From the NCBI GenBank assembly GCA_000934665.2, contig KZ538355.1:1-64000 (forward strand): a stretch of 64,000 bases of DNA, given 5' to 3'. Numbering within the stretch: the first letter of the stretch is position 1; the number at the start of each line of letters is the position of its first letter. This DNA comes from Catajapyx aquilonaris (taxonomy: Eukaryota). The position numbers and the translations under genes are program-made. Under the pieces are notes generated by a model. That model saw only the letters and a list, made by a program, of their open reading frames with translations, had not been told where the DNA came from and did no database searches. Positions 38,201 through 47,000 of this stretch are shown here, in pieces.

Positions 38201-40981
38201 CCACATCAAGGAACACTTGTGATCAGCTCCATAAGCTACGGCCTGTTTTTCATGTCGAAAATCCGACAGCTTTTCTCTATGAGACATTCTACAACCTAGA
38301 TCAATATTTATAAACGTGATCTAACCTAACTTTTGAGTACGTCACCAGAACGTTCCCTGAAACATTCCCATACGTTTGTGAAATGGGCCCATTATGGGAC
38401 ACCAGAGTATGCCCAAACAGCCAGAAAAACAAACTGCTATCTATTTATTTATTTACGTTAGCCTCAGGATGTAGGACTCTAACCTTTTCCATACTTAGGT
38501 CAAATAATAATATGCGCGATCCAAAAATTGGAAAAAGAGGAAAGACGTCGTGTCACTGATGAGGTTTAAAATCACTCAAAATTGCATTCTCTTTCACTAA
38601 CAGAAGATATGATTATTATTTGTCCCCGTTGGAGGCGGATTAAGAATAATACAATTAGGCGTAGTCAAGCTGCATCGTTCCTATATGTTGTGTATACAGG
38701 GTGCTCCCTGTAATTCCGGACAGACTTCTAGGGGTAATAGAGGGGACCAAGACTGAGTATTTTTGACATAGGAACCTGTGTCAGAAAACGCCATCTAGAG
38801 GGGGTTCATAGACAAGGAACGGGTGCGCTCAGACGCGTCAGGAGGGAGGCGCTGGCGAGCGGACTGTTTTGTTGATAGATGGCGTGCAGTTTTTGCCAGG
38901 TTATGGCGTATCGCGTTGTTGTAAGTAAACAACGACGTGATACGCCATAACCTGGCAACAACAGAACCGTTGTTTATATCCGCAAGTCTCCTAGGAGGCG
39001 TACTTTAGTTGCTAGATGGCTCTGTTGTTGCAAGGTTATGGCACATCGCATCGTTGTTTACTATCCCAGCGCCATCTATCAACAAAACAGTCCGCTCGCC
39101 TAGCGCCTCCCGCGTGACGCGTCTGAGCGCACCCGTTCCTTGTCTATGAACCCCCTCTAGATGGCGTTTCCGGACACGGGTTCCTATGTCAAAAATACTT
39201 GTCTCGGTCCCCTCTATTACCCCTAGAAGTCTGTCCCGAATTACAGGGAACACCCTGTATAATTTGATCTTGATATTATACTGTATAAAAATGTGCAAGG
39301 TAAAATGATAGACTACCAGTGTGCTGACTGGTGACTGGATCTGGTTCTGACTCAAACATTAATAAATACCTCCACTTGCACTTGTATGCGGCAAGAGACT
39401 GATTGATAACTGAGAACTATATATTTTCTTGCACTTTTTATTGAGAAAGTGTATGCGACGTACTGTGCGACATAACAGTAACTGAATCCGCCTGAAGGAA
39501 AAGTGCCCACCTTTTTCCAAAATGAAGATGATGGTTGGTAAGTGAAGGAGCATCAGTAAATAGTAGGCTATGATTATGGCCAAATTCCCATTGTAACCCA
39601 TAAAAACGTATGTGTTACATTGAGAAAGAGTTACTCTAGCTCCTGGCAATTTAAATACGTTTATCACTTTTAGAATCTGCTGAAGGAAATACCATGTGAC
39701 GGGTGATCAGGTATGGAGGATATTGAGTGGAAAGGCTGGAAATAAACTGCTTTCATCCATTTAGCGTGAAATGCGATTTTTGCCTCTCCTTTAAGTTCAG
39801 AAGCGTGGACTTGGGCATTCACGCCAATTCGACTTTGTGTTCCTATAAAGGCCATAGCGATGAGAAGATTGCATAATCTTCAAGGCTTTTGTAAATCACA
39901 TTACATTCCTGTTCTGGATTATCGCCAAGTTAATAATTATCACAACTTGTCGAATGCAGTCTTGCTCCCTTTCTCCCAGTCTCCTGTTGTCCACTTTTTC
40001 CTGGGAGGAAGTGAAACATGGGTTTAAAAAAAATTACTTACATGGGAATCTTCATCGTGTTTTTCACGGTCTCGTCAAAGAAACAGCGCTGACGGAGAGT
40101 ACCGGACCAGAGCTGTACTCCGACTATGCCAAAGATGAAAAAGACGAAGAAGCAAAGAAGGAGAACGTTCCCCAGCATGGGCAACGTGTCAAGCAGTAGC
40201 ATCACCAAGATCCTCATACCTGAAATAATACGGTATGGTTAATACCAACAATATTGTTAACAATATTTCAGCATGGATGCTTACTTGGAATTCGGTTTAT
40301 GGCACGGAGAGGGCGCAGAACTCGGATGGTCCTTATTGCGGTGAGATTCATGTTGTCTCCCAGGCAATATTCAATGGCGCTAGAAGTATATTAATAACAA
40401 TAATCATGCAGCATAATATAGCCTACATTGTTAATACCTTACATTAGTGTTGTTAAAATGTTAATATACAAAGGTCATTCAAATTTACATGAGCTAAGTC
40501 AGCCATTGGGATGTGGTTTAGTAATAGTATTTAAATATTGCATTGTATCATACAAGACAATAAATAAGATGCGTCTTCGGAATGTTCAGAATGCTTCATC
40601 TTGTATCACTTTCACTTGTTTCATCCTTGTATTTTAAAAGCTATATCACATACCCTGCTATCACTATGAAGAAGTCTAATCTATTCCAAGAGTCAGCCAG
40701 GTAGGTTCCTTTTCCGTAGACTCCCATGGCTACCATTTTAATGAGCATTTCTATAGCGAAGAAGGCGAAGATGAAATCGTCGATCATCTGAAAATTATGT
40801 AGATTGGTAAGAAAGATCTGTGCGGTAACATATTCATGGATAAAATAATAATGACAAAGCCTGTACTACCTGTAAAATCTTACAGCGGTTGGTGGTACAG
40901 TCCTCGTCGACGCAAGGCTGGTACATCCCCAGGGTCACACAATTGAAGAGGATGACCATCATACTGATGCGCTCGAACCAC
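4644..40981 (-). CDS. Ca-alpha1T: T-type (low-voltage-activated) calcium channel alpha1 subunit Cav3; multi-exon gene, 5'-incomplete in this window (span of coding exons)
   Basis: Four homologous S1-S6 domains with R/K-rich S4 segments. Pore motifs SLEGW / TQEDW / SKDGW / TGDNW give the EEDD filter diagnostic of Cav3. Gating brake and APRASPE motif in the I-II linker. Exon phases join consistently. Confidence 0.98.
5252..5376 (-). CDS. Ca-alpha1T: Cav3 C-terminal exon: [42 protein letters not shown]
   Basis: ctctag| phase 1 ... CAG|GTGAGG phase 0. Confidence 0.7.
5450..5588 (-). CDS. Ca-alpha1T: Cav3 C-terminal exon: [46 protein letters not shown]; donor at 5450 or 5444
   Basis: ttttacag|; KMNSLP resembles the vertebrate Cav3 KMHSLP motif; phase-1 donors. 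Confidence 0.82.
5666..5779 (-). CDS. Ca-alpha1T: Cav3 C-terminal exon: [38 protein letters not shown]
   Basis: ccttttcag| ... ACT|GTGAGT; acidic EAELE helix typical just after IVS6 in Cav3. Confidence 0.9.
6961..7260 (-). mobile_element. tRNA-derived SINE, full length
   Basis: A box TGGTCTGGTGG, B box GGTTCAAATCC, A-rich tail; 11-bp TSD AATTTATTTCT at 6950-6960 and 7261-7271. Confidence 0.85.
7882..8052 (-). CDS. Candidate alternative (cassette or terminal) exon in the Cav3 proximal C-terminus
   Basis: Triple tandem acceptor tttccTAG|CAG|CAG| in phase 0; open frame (ORF 7603..8046); phase-0 donor TTG|GTATGC at 7882. Confidence 0.45.
8395..8687 (-). CDS. Ca-alpha1T: Cav3 exon, domain IV pore (filter D, TGDNW) and IVS6 ...[19 protein letters not shown]
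   Basis: ORF 8269..8733; tgttag| ... CAG|GTTAGT. Confidence 0.96.
8762..8911 (-). CDS. Ca-alpha1T: Cav3 exon, IVS4-S5: [50 protein letters not shown]
   Basis: tcccag| ... G|GTAAGG; 150 nt. Confidence 0.96.
9031..9103 (-). pseudogene. tRNA-Gln-derived gene or pseudogene with an aberrant 8-nt anticodon loop (CACCTAAG), intronic and sense to Cav3
   Basis: Minus strand GGTTCCATGGTGTAATGGTTAGCATTCTGGGCACCTAAGTCCAGCGGTCCGAGTTCAAGTCTCGGTGGGACCT closely resembles metazoan tRNA-Gln. Acceptor, D and T stems pair and the A/B boxes are intact. Confidence 0.85.
9166..9296 (-). CDS. Ca-alpha1T: Cav3 exon, IVS3-S4: [43 protein letters not shown]
   Basis: ttgcag| ... G|GTAAAC; 131 nt. Confidence 0.96.
9358..9467 (-). 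CDS. Ca-alpha1T: Cav3 exon, IVS2: [36 protein letters not shown](K)
   Basis: ttctag| ... AA|GTAAGA; 110 nt. Confidence 0.95.
9534..9685 (-). CDS. Ca-alpha1T: Cav3 exon, III-IV linker end and IVS1: [50 protein letters not shown]
   Basis: ttgcag| phase 1 ... AAG|GTGGGA. Confidence 0.95.
10231..10355 (+). mobile_element. 5'-truncated SINE-like insertion
   Basis: 17-bp direct repeat ACATTAGCTTCTTCATT at 10214-10230 and 10356-10372; internal GTGGTTTCCC...CCAGG...GCCACAGCCGCCTCCTTCC resembles a common arthropod SINE core (from memory). Confidence 0.7.
11174..11231. repeat. (CT)n/(GA)n microsatellite, about 29 units
   Basis: Read directly; lies in the III-IV linker intron. Confidence 0.98.
11500..11692 (-). 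CDS. Ca-alpha1T: Cav3 exon, IIIS6 and III-IV linker (...[33 protein letters not shown]); alternative downstream donor at 11407 adds 31 aa
   Basis: ttgcag|; phase-1 donors A|GTGAGC (11500) and G|GTAACA (11407), with open frame between them. Confidence 0.93.
11775..12305 (-). CDS. Ca-alpha1T: Cav3 exon, IIIS3-S5 and pore (filter D, SSKDGW)
   Basis: ORF 11733..12371; ttgcag| ... CAG|GTAATA; 531 nt. Confidence 0.97.
12553..12745 (-). CDS. Ca-alpha1T: Cav3 exon, IIIS1-S2: [34 protein letters not shown]...FALEMLVK
   Basis: caacag| ... AAA|GTGAGT; 193 nt. Confidence 0.96.
12805..13127 (-). CDS. Ca-alpha1T: Cav3 distal II-III linker exon: LPWAAAS...[17 protein letters not shown]
   Basis: ORF 12801..13160; tttcag| ... 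TC|GTGAGT. Confidence 0.9.
13190..13370 (-). CDS. Ca-alpha1T: Cav3 II-III linker exon: [60 protein letters not shown]
   Basis: ttcttcag| ... CAG|GTATAA; open in the required frame; flanked by 60- and 62-nt introns. Confidence 0.8.
13431..13598 (-). CDS. Ca-alpha1T: Cav3 II-III linker exon: [56 protein letters not shown]
   Basis: ttgcag| ... AG|GTAGGG; 168 nt, phase 2 to 2. Confidence 0.8.
14084..14229 (-). CDS. Ca-alpha1T: Cav3 II-III linker exon: [48 protein letters not shown]; alternative acceptor at 14220
   Basis: tttttag| phase 0 ... AG|GTATTC phase 2 bridges the flanking exon phases; contains RRES and RRDS PKA-type motifs. Confidence 0.75.
14540..14945. mobile_element. Degenerate foldback/MITE-like inverted repeat
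   Basis: TAGGGAGATCACCTGACAG (about 14661) vs CTGTCAAGTGATCTCCCTA (about 14828); GCCTGCCCC vs GGGGCAGGC; boundaries approximate. Confidence 0.6.
15355..15590 (-). CDS. Ca-alpha1T: Cav3 II-III linker exon containing conserved [14 protein letters not shown]
   Basis: ORF 15346..15630; CTAAC branch-like site upstream of gacag|; donor ACT|GTGAGT; HTAATP recalled as conserved in Cav3 channels. Confidence 0.8.
15682..15847 (-). CDS. Ca-alpha1T: Cav3 II-III linker exon: [23 protein letters not shown]...EPKCNIEK; donor at 15682 or 15673
   Basis: ttttcaacag| phase 0, within ORF 15620..15871; phase-1 donors G|GTGAAG or G|GTAGGG. Confidence 0.65.
17705..17863 (-). CDS. Ca-alpha1T: Cav3 exon, proximal II-III linker: [34 protein letters not shown]...AFSSE
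   Basis: ttctag| phase 0; donor GAG|GTAGCA (3' boundary less certain). Confidence 0.78.
18255..18407 (-). CDS. Ca-alpha1T: Cav3 exon, domain II pore (filter E) and IIS6: [51 protein letters not shown]
   Basis: ttccag| ... GAG|GTGAGT; 153 nt. Confidence 0.96.
19402..19555 (-). CDS. Ca-alpha1T: Cav3 mutually exclusive exon 12b (domain II turret, penta-cysteine): [51 protein letters not shown]
   Basis: ttgcag| ... CAG|GTAAGA; 154 nt, same phases as 12a; C...CxC...CxC pattern; paralogous to 12a. Confidence 0.94.
20993..21122. mobile_element. Degenerate Tc1/pogo-like MITE end with repeated (G)TGTCCAAC(TT) motifs, ending CACTG-TA
   Basis: Four TGTCCAAC copies followed by TTCACTGTA. Confidence 0.45.
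25234..25394. mobile_element. Small hairpin MITE (Tc1/mariner-type, TA TSD)
   Basis: About 65-bp arms CAGTGTTGGTCATAT...GAAGGAATC / GATTCCTTC...ATATGACCAACACTG, flanked by TA. Confidence 0.85.
26298..26596. mobile_element. Degenerate Tc1/mariner-type MITE (TA TSD)
   Basis: TA-CAGGATCGTCCAACAA ... TTGTTGGACCATCCTG-TA; internal GTAGCAATTCAATA / TATTGAATTGCTAC. Confidence 0.75.
27955..28098. mobile_element. Helitron-like terminal remnant with tandem GCGAGCG(A/G)AGCGAG hairpin units ending in CTAG/TTAGT
   Basis: CTAGAAAA-GAGCGAGCGAAGCGAGTGG-TTTTCTAG followed by a second similar unit. Confidence 0.45.
28575..28763. mobile_element. Tigger4/Zombi-like (pogo family) DNA transposon terminal fragment
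   Basis: ...GCAAATATACAAATATTCCAAAATCCGAATTCCGAAAGACTGTCGGTCCCAAACATTTTGAATAAAGGATTCTCAACTTG resembles the Tigger4 end as I recall it. Confidence 0.6.
30440..30557 (-). CDS. Ca-alpha1T: Cav3 mutually exclusive exon 12a (domain II turret, tri-cysteine): [39 protein letters not shown]
   Basis: ttctag| ... CAG|GTATAT; 118 nt, phase 2 to 0; CxxC...C pattern. Confidence 0.94.
32535..32747 (-). CDS. Ca-alpha1T: Cav3 exon, IIS4-S5: ...[51 protein letters not shown](S)
   Basis: ORF 32486..32758; ctacag| ... AG|GTCAGT; 213 nt, ends in phase 2. Confidence 0.96.
32822..32973 (-). CDS. Ca-alpha1T: Cav3 exon, IIS2-S3: [31 protein letters not shown]...[14 protein letters not shown]
   Basis: cttcag| ... 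AG|GTAAGT; 152 nt. Confidence 0.95.
33251..34280 (-). CDS. Ca-alpha1T: Cav3 large exon, I-II linker (N/S-rich tract, APRASPE motif) to IIS1 ...[26 protein letters not shown]; alternative in-frame acceptor at 34289
   Basis: ORF 33236..34030 extends upstream in frame through [11 protein letters not shown]; phase-2 acceptors tctttcag| (34280) or caacag| (34289); donor CAG|GTAGGT. Confidence 0.88.
35182..35453 (-). CDS. Ca-alpha1T: Cav3 exon, IS6 plus gating brake helix-loop-helix: [29 protein letters not shown]...[24 protein letters not shown]...
   Basis: ORF 35178..35465; tttcag| ... AG|GTGAGC. Confidence 0.93.
35625..35717 (-). CDS. Ca-alpha1T: Cav3 exon, domain I pore (filter E): [31 protein letters not shown]
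   Basis: gcgtag| ... GTG|GTGAGT; 93 nt. Confidence 0.96.
35791..36076 (-). CDS. Ca-alpha1T: Cav3 exon, domain I Cys-rich turret to P-helix: ...[15 protein letters not shown]...CVNWNQYY...[21 protein letters not shown]
   Basis: Overlaps ORF 35773..36018; caccag| ... TTG|GTACGT; 286 nt, phase 2 to 0. Confidence 0.93.
36949..37158. mobile_element. Tc1/mariner-type MITE (TA TSD)
   Basis: TA-CAGGGCGTCTCAACTTTTTTGTC... / ...GACAAAAGAGTTGAGACACCCTG-TA; about 70-bp arms. Confidence 0.85.
38697..39257. mobile_element. Tc1/mariner-type foldback MITE with about 190-bp TIRs and a nested internal hairpin
   Basis: TA-CAGGGTGCTCCCTGTAATTC... / ...GAATTACAGGGAACACCCTG-TA; internal CCAGGTTATGGCGTATC / GATACGCCATAACCTGG. 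Confidence 0.92.
40042..40219 (-). CDS. Ca-alpha1T: Cav3 exon, domain I S5: [46 protein letters not shown]...
   Basis: tttcag| ... AT|GTAAGT; 178 nt. Confidence 0.95.
40285..40379 (-). CDS. Ca-alpha1T: Cav3 exon, domain I S4: [31 protein letters not shown]
   Basis: ttctag| ... A|GTAAGC; S4 RxxRxxR pattern; 95 nt. Confidence 0.95.
40654..40787 (-). CDS. Ca-alpha1T: Cav3 exon, domain I S2-S3: [45 protein letters not shown]
   Basis: tttcag| ... GG|GTATGT; 134 nt, phase 0 to 2. Confidence 0.95.
40870..40981 (-). CDS. Ca-alpha1T: Cav3 exon, domain I S1: (P)[37 protein letters not shown]
   Basis: Manual translation; acceptor ...TTCCTTAACTCTTATATCAC| (AC end), donor CAG|GTAGTA; 112 nt. Confidence 0.93.
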
Positions 40982-41005
40982 GTGATATAAGAGTTAAGGA
41001 AAAAT
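40982..41005 (-). other. U12-type (minor spliceosome) intron 3' end: branch point TTTTTCCTTAAC and terminal AC
   Basis: Minus strand reads TTTTTCCTTAACTCTTATATCAC|GTGGTTCGAG. This is the U12 branch consensus about 12 nt from an AC terminus, with no polypyrimidine-AG acceptor. Confidence 0.9.
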
Positions 41006-44000
41006 GTACATGTAACCCTGAAATAAAGGAAGATATATGGTGTGTATCGATGTAATATTTTGTCTGATGGAGATCCATGGATGTTTTCTTTCTGAAAGGA
41101 ATAAGGAAAGACATATATTATGACATAATTACAGTGGTATGCTGTTTACAAGTACAATTCCTGAATGGAACCTTGCAATTATTGGGGAATAACGGAAATA
41201 CCGGTACTGTGAGCAATAAGACTTAGTGGATCAGTGTCATGCAGTGATATAATTAGTGCATTTTAAAATTTTCATTCGTGCCACTTTTTATTGTGAATAT
41301 TGGTTTTTGGTCCAGCAGGTCTACACTAACTAAGTTGGTTCCCCAGAATAATTATTATTGATCACATCAATATGCAAAAAAGATTGAAATATTATTAGGA
41401 TTTAGTATGATAGTCAACTAGCCAAATGCCTCACCCTGAGGGGATCAAAATATCTGGCATGAAGAGCATGTGCAATTCATTAATTAGCTAATTAAATCAT
41501 AATTACAGACGGCTACAGAACAAGCAGGACCCCGAGTGGAGGGTGGTGAACTTATGTATGTGTATAGGCACTATGAATCCCTCATGTGGATTAACCCATA
41601 AGAAGTTCTCTCACTTGCTGGCTAACAGTGAAGGCCAAACGTTTTACAGGAAATGGATAGTGTTCTCTCTAAATCTTTCTCGCTCACATTCTCTATGAAT
41701 ACTAATACTTTCGGAAAGCTTCAGTCTTGGGCTTTCCACCTCAGAGAGGTAACCCTGGGACTTGATGATCCAGACTTCCCGCCCTTCTGTTGATATCAGA
41801 AACGTGGTAGAACTAGTGTAAATTCGTAATCGGACACCATAAGAGGAAAATTGGCCATCAATGGGAGCAAGTCGTACCAAGAGCTAATAAGTCGTACTTA
41901 GCGACAAGATGAAAATCGGTTCATGTCTTAGGAAACATGAAATGCAGGAGGGATGCAGGTCGCATCATTTAGGCCCCTATTGTTCGTCATCCATGGGAAA
42001 TATCCTGCATAAACAATCCCGGTAACAGGCTAAGTCTGCTGTTCAGCAGTCAAGTTAGTGCATGAGCAAAAAAATATATTGGAATTTGCATTTTGGGAAT
42101 CCTACATACCCATACCATTGTTCCATTTGACCAACATTTGCATTGAATGTGTACAGAGTAGGGGGCATTGCCCAAGAGTCCAAAATGGGAATTCTGAATT
42201 GTTAATTCAAGAACCTCTTTAAAGAGTGTCAACAGGGTTGCTATGTTAAACAATCCTTTACGTCTTTCCCTTCGGACTGTGTACTTCGACTTCTTTCCAC
42301 CCGCTATATGAAGAGCGGCACAACATATTATCAAGATATTATTTCGGTTCGGTATTGTGTGCAATTGCATATCTTCATTTTTTAAACCGGTGGCTATCAA
42401 AATAGTTCTGAAACTAGAATAATAGGCCTACATAATATTAAAATTATTTTATGTATAATAAATTCAATATAATAAATTTGTTTTTATTATGGGAATACCC
42501 ATTAACCTGTACTTTTAAAGTTAGTTTAGCATTTGACCTGTACATGATCATGTAAAATTTGATCCAATATCCAAACACATTACAGCTAATAAGGCTGAGA
42601 TGTTGCTCCCAAACACTCGACTGGATCACACTGATACATTTGTAGCGCAGTGGCACACTCACAAAGTGGACGTTAATCGCATGTTCCTGTGAGAAATAAT
42701 ATTTGGCTTGGAGTTAATTCTTCTTTAACCCTTGGCCAATATGGCATCTATATTCCTGAAATTCACCATAACAATAGCCCTGTGAGAGAGGCCTATTTAT
42801 CCAAGAGACTGAGCTCTTATTTTCCATGCATTTTTCTCGGTTCTAGCCAGAGGTATCAAATACGTACACTAACCAGATTGTTCGGAACAAAGTAATGATA
42901 TACCGGTAAGCAACTCTGTGCCCAAAAGTCTCTAACAACTACAGGCATTTCAGCTGGAACACCCTGTATATTGGTTGATAAAATTATAGCAATACCGTGC
43001 ATACGAAGGTACCACCGGCATAGTAAAGCGTTGTTAAAGCTATATTCAAATCCCTCCTGCCGCAGAGAGAATACGTATGTAAGTTATTAAATTATGTGTC
43101 AACTGGTTGTCATTTCTCAGATTAGTCACTTGCAGCCAACCTGCATACACTGTCTCGTCACACGTGCAATTCCCACATAATTATGGCAAATGACCAATGA
43201 GTATTCCAATAAAGGCTCTTCTCGTGCGTGAGTAACAAATTACAGAGATTTCAAATTTGTGCCTACAGTACACTTTGTCCTCGGTGGAAAATATCCACGT
43301 AATATTTCCGCCGTAGGTAGCACAAAATTAAATCCAAATGACTCCGCTACATGAGCATGTCTACCATCAAAATTCTCATCATCTTTCTCATTCCAGTTTG
43401 TCTGAGAGATTCTGTCTGTGACAGATGATGCTTCGGGCTGGATATCAATGTGTGGCCTTGTACAGTAACATACCCCTGAGGTATCACGCATCCTGTAGGT
43501 CGCCTTTTCTTCGTGTAGCCTACCTTGCAGAAGGCCTTGACAAGTCATGCTACTGGTATTGTGAAACTCATGCTTGGCCTGTTTCGCTTTATTTACGTTT
43601 AGAGAAGTAGCTTGATAGTGTCAGCACTTCTATTGTAGTAGTGCATGTTTTCCGGAATGATCTCGTGTCTCGCGCCATGTTCCCGTTGCAGAGAATAGCG
43701 GGCTTTCAAAGCGCCAGGCATATGCAAATACGCCATCTGTAAATTGAAGCCCTGTGTGTGTGTGTGTGTGTGCTGTTAATGCAAAGTTGGGGCCTGTTTT
43801 GCATTGGAGCCTTGATTTCTGGCATTATGTCATTTTCAAAAAGCCAAAAGCAATAAATGAAAGTGCAGAGTTTATTATATGAACCACTAAAAGTAACCAT
43901 TCCGAAGTAATTGCTTAATAATAAGCAGCTTAGCGCGAAAATATCTCACCAATAAGACAAGCACTTTGTACCATAATTATGGCTGTCCTTGCATATAGTA

Positions 44001-47000
44001 CTGTATATTTGATCATCTTATTATTGTCTTTAAATATGTTGAAGGAGAAAATACAAAATTGCACTGTTGCATCCAGAGGGTAATTTTACTTAATCCCTTA
44101 ATGGCCGTTCGCTCTTTAATAGTCAGTAAATCTGCTTACAGTTAAATTAAATTGATTGAATTGTGGTATGTAAATGTGCTGCATAGGTTTTATAACGGAA
44201 TGCCTCTGCAGTTTTCATATTAGCATTCTTTAATATTAATCATTTCGTGAGGGTGTTTTTGCGTAATGCCTGTTTTCAGTAATGCTCCTTTGAAATATAT
44301 CGCATAATAAGTATGACAGTAACATGAACATCCCATAAGCTGATTGCAGCCGATGAAAATCTAGAGCAAAACCTCATTTTCGGGTGCACGAAAAGATCTG
44401 AAATTCCTTTAGGTGAGGAAAATAATGGGCCCTGCTTGGTTGCTAGATGACAGCGCTTTTTCCCCCTCTTCCTCTCTGCCCCAAAATTGTGGCATTCCAT
44501 TCGGTCTTCGCACTTTTTACCTTCATTCTCGCCACGTCTTCGTGTTGTAGGAGTTACGCATCAATAATAATTTGTGCCGTGCCAACCTGAATCTTTCCTC
44601 TCTCAGGGTCTAGGTTTCCCAACAATGTTTCATTTATGATTACTTTGTAGTGCTCTTGGTAGTACTGAGTTTTAGGTGTTCGGTAGACTTCTGCGCGAGG
44701 CACATAATAATGCATTACCTCCAGATTCAGAGAAACTCCTTGTAAAAATAATTACCTCACTTTTTATATCAATTGTAATGTCTCACTTCCTGACCCCCGC
44801 AAGGTCACAGGGTCGTGGTCCAATAATACAACATGTTACGACTTACGAGTAACCCATTTATTAGAACGGCCCGAAGCCAGGACGTCTCACGACTGACGAC
44901 GATTCCCCACCAGGTCCAAACCTATAGCCACTGCCCCCTAGTGAGAGGGGTTACAAAATGTCCACTAGTCGATTAGAAAATATCAAGATTGGCACCACGG
45001 TCGTATAAGGAGAGGTCGGGAAACTCCCCGCCATCTTGCGTTCCGTTACTCATTCCCGCCGTGGCGCTGACTGGAGGTGGCCATGATGTGACCTGGATCG
45101 TGAACATCTCACATATTGCGGCCATCTTGGTATACGCTATCGGTAGTAATCGGGAGGGGGATCGCTGATAAACCTAGTAATCGGGAGGAGGGTTATGGCG
45201 AATGGAGTTGTTATGGCGAATGAACGACACGCACAGCGAGATTCCATTGTTTTTACTAGCGCCGCTGCGGGAAGGAATAACGGATCGGCCTTTTCTATTG
45301 CGCTGGGATAGAAGTTTCCAGGGGCTGATTGGCACTTAAGTTGGTACAATGTTGAACAGCCAGCAAACATTAGGCCATTCACCTCCGGTATTTGAAAGTC
45401 AAAATCACTCGAGATAAACAAACGCCAATATTTGAATGAACTAGCAATTATTCCTCAAATTGGGCAATACCTCCACGCAATTGAATACCATTGAGAGGCA
45501 GGTTGCTCCTCTCCGGAGCCGAGATCGTTAACGAGTTCGCATGCAGGACCTTGATTTATCGCGGGAAATCGTTCCGCACTGAAGAGTACCAGAGTGGAAA
45601 TTGCAGCTCAAGAGCTCATTTTCGACCCTCTCCATTTTCCTTCCAAATGCAGATCCGGCCTTATGTAAAATGGTCCCTTATACAAGTGACACAAGGTGGC
45701 CCCCAGAACGCCAGAAGTGTCACCTGTTAACCTTTCTCGAGTATCCCAGTAGACCAGCAAAGGAATAAGCTAGAAAATGAAGAGGATGGTCAGAGATTGA
45801 GGTCAGCATCGCTTCTCTTGAGGCTTTGTGGGGGAGTTAGGCTAAGGGGCTGAGGGGTACCATTGAACCGAGTCTGAATTAGGAAGGTGGTTTTGGATGA
45901 AGGAGAGGAGCAGAAGCCATCTAGAGGAAGATCATTATTAGTTGGGTAGCCGCAAGGTTGCCTTTAGCAACGTAAGATTCATTTTCTTTACATGTATATG
46001 TCACATGTTGTATGTCACTGTTGGATAAATGAAATGGACTCCTTGTCATATTTTACTTCCAGGTATGTCAACTACCAGAGATGGCAAAAATGCACAAAAC
46101 TTCACTCGTCTTTTTAAATGTCAAAATTATTTAGGCCTTTTTTCTCAAAAATAGCCAAGATAGCGGTGCAGGTTGGAACTTTTTTTTTTAAGAAAGAAAA
46201 GTTGTATGTAGGGTTTGGGCGATGTGGTCCTGAGGGATCCGGAAGAGCAGTTGGGGAAATGATGAGCCCCTCCGTCTTAAACAGCCTCCATCCACTCACT
46301 TCTCCCAGTGCAAGGCATCAATGTCACTGGAGTGCCACTCCACCAGCTTTATATTGATTTTTATGGGCCTCTTTCCTACTCAGACTGGTCCTGATTCTGC
46401 ACAGGTGGATGGTAGGCCTGGCGGGGAAGAATCCTTCTGCTGCACGATACTCACATCCCAAAATCATTTGCCACACATTTGGTCCTCTTCTCTCATTATG
46501 TTCTTTTCACCATAATAATTGGTTTGCACTCATGTTTTGTATGAAGGATTACTGTCTTTATTACTAATGTAATATGCACCTTTTGAGGGGGAGTTTGCGG
46601 AAGAAGCACATACTTGCATGAACGGCGACCTTTGAAGCTGTCAATGCCATAACAATAAAATGTGCGGGTAAATTTAAATCGGATTTGTTTCTATTGTTGA
46701 TAATTTGCAGTGCGGTGCTGAATTCATGCGTTATAATAATGTTATGAGAATTTGACAGATGGGAGATGAACCAGTAGATGCTCTGACGTATTTTCTGGAA
46801 AACCAATGACGTCTCTCTTACAGCTTTATTGTACAGTGCATAACGGCTGAACTATGTTGGTATTTTGCGCTGTAGCATAGACATCACAGGTTTTATAGTG
46901 AACTTGTTGGAGCCTGCTGGTCCATCTCCATCATTTTGTTCGAGACTGTATCTCAATTTATTAGATATTTATAATTAGTTTCATGCGTGCTATAAACCAA

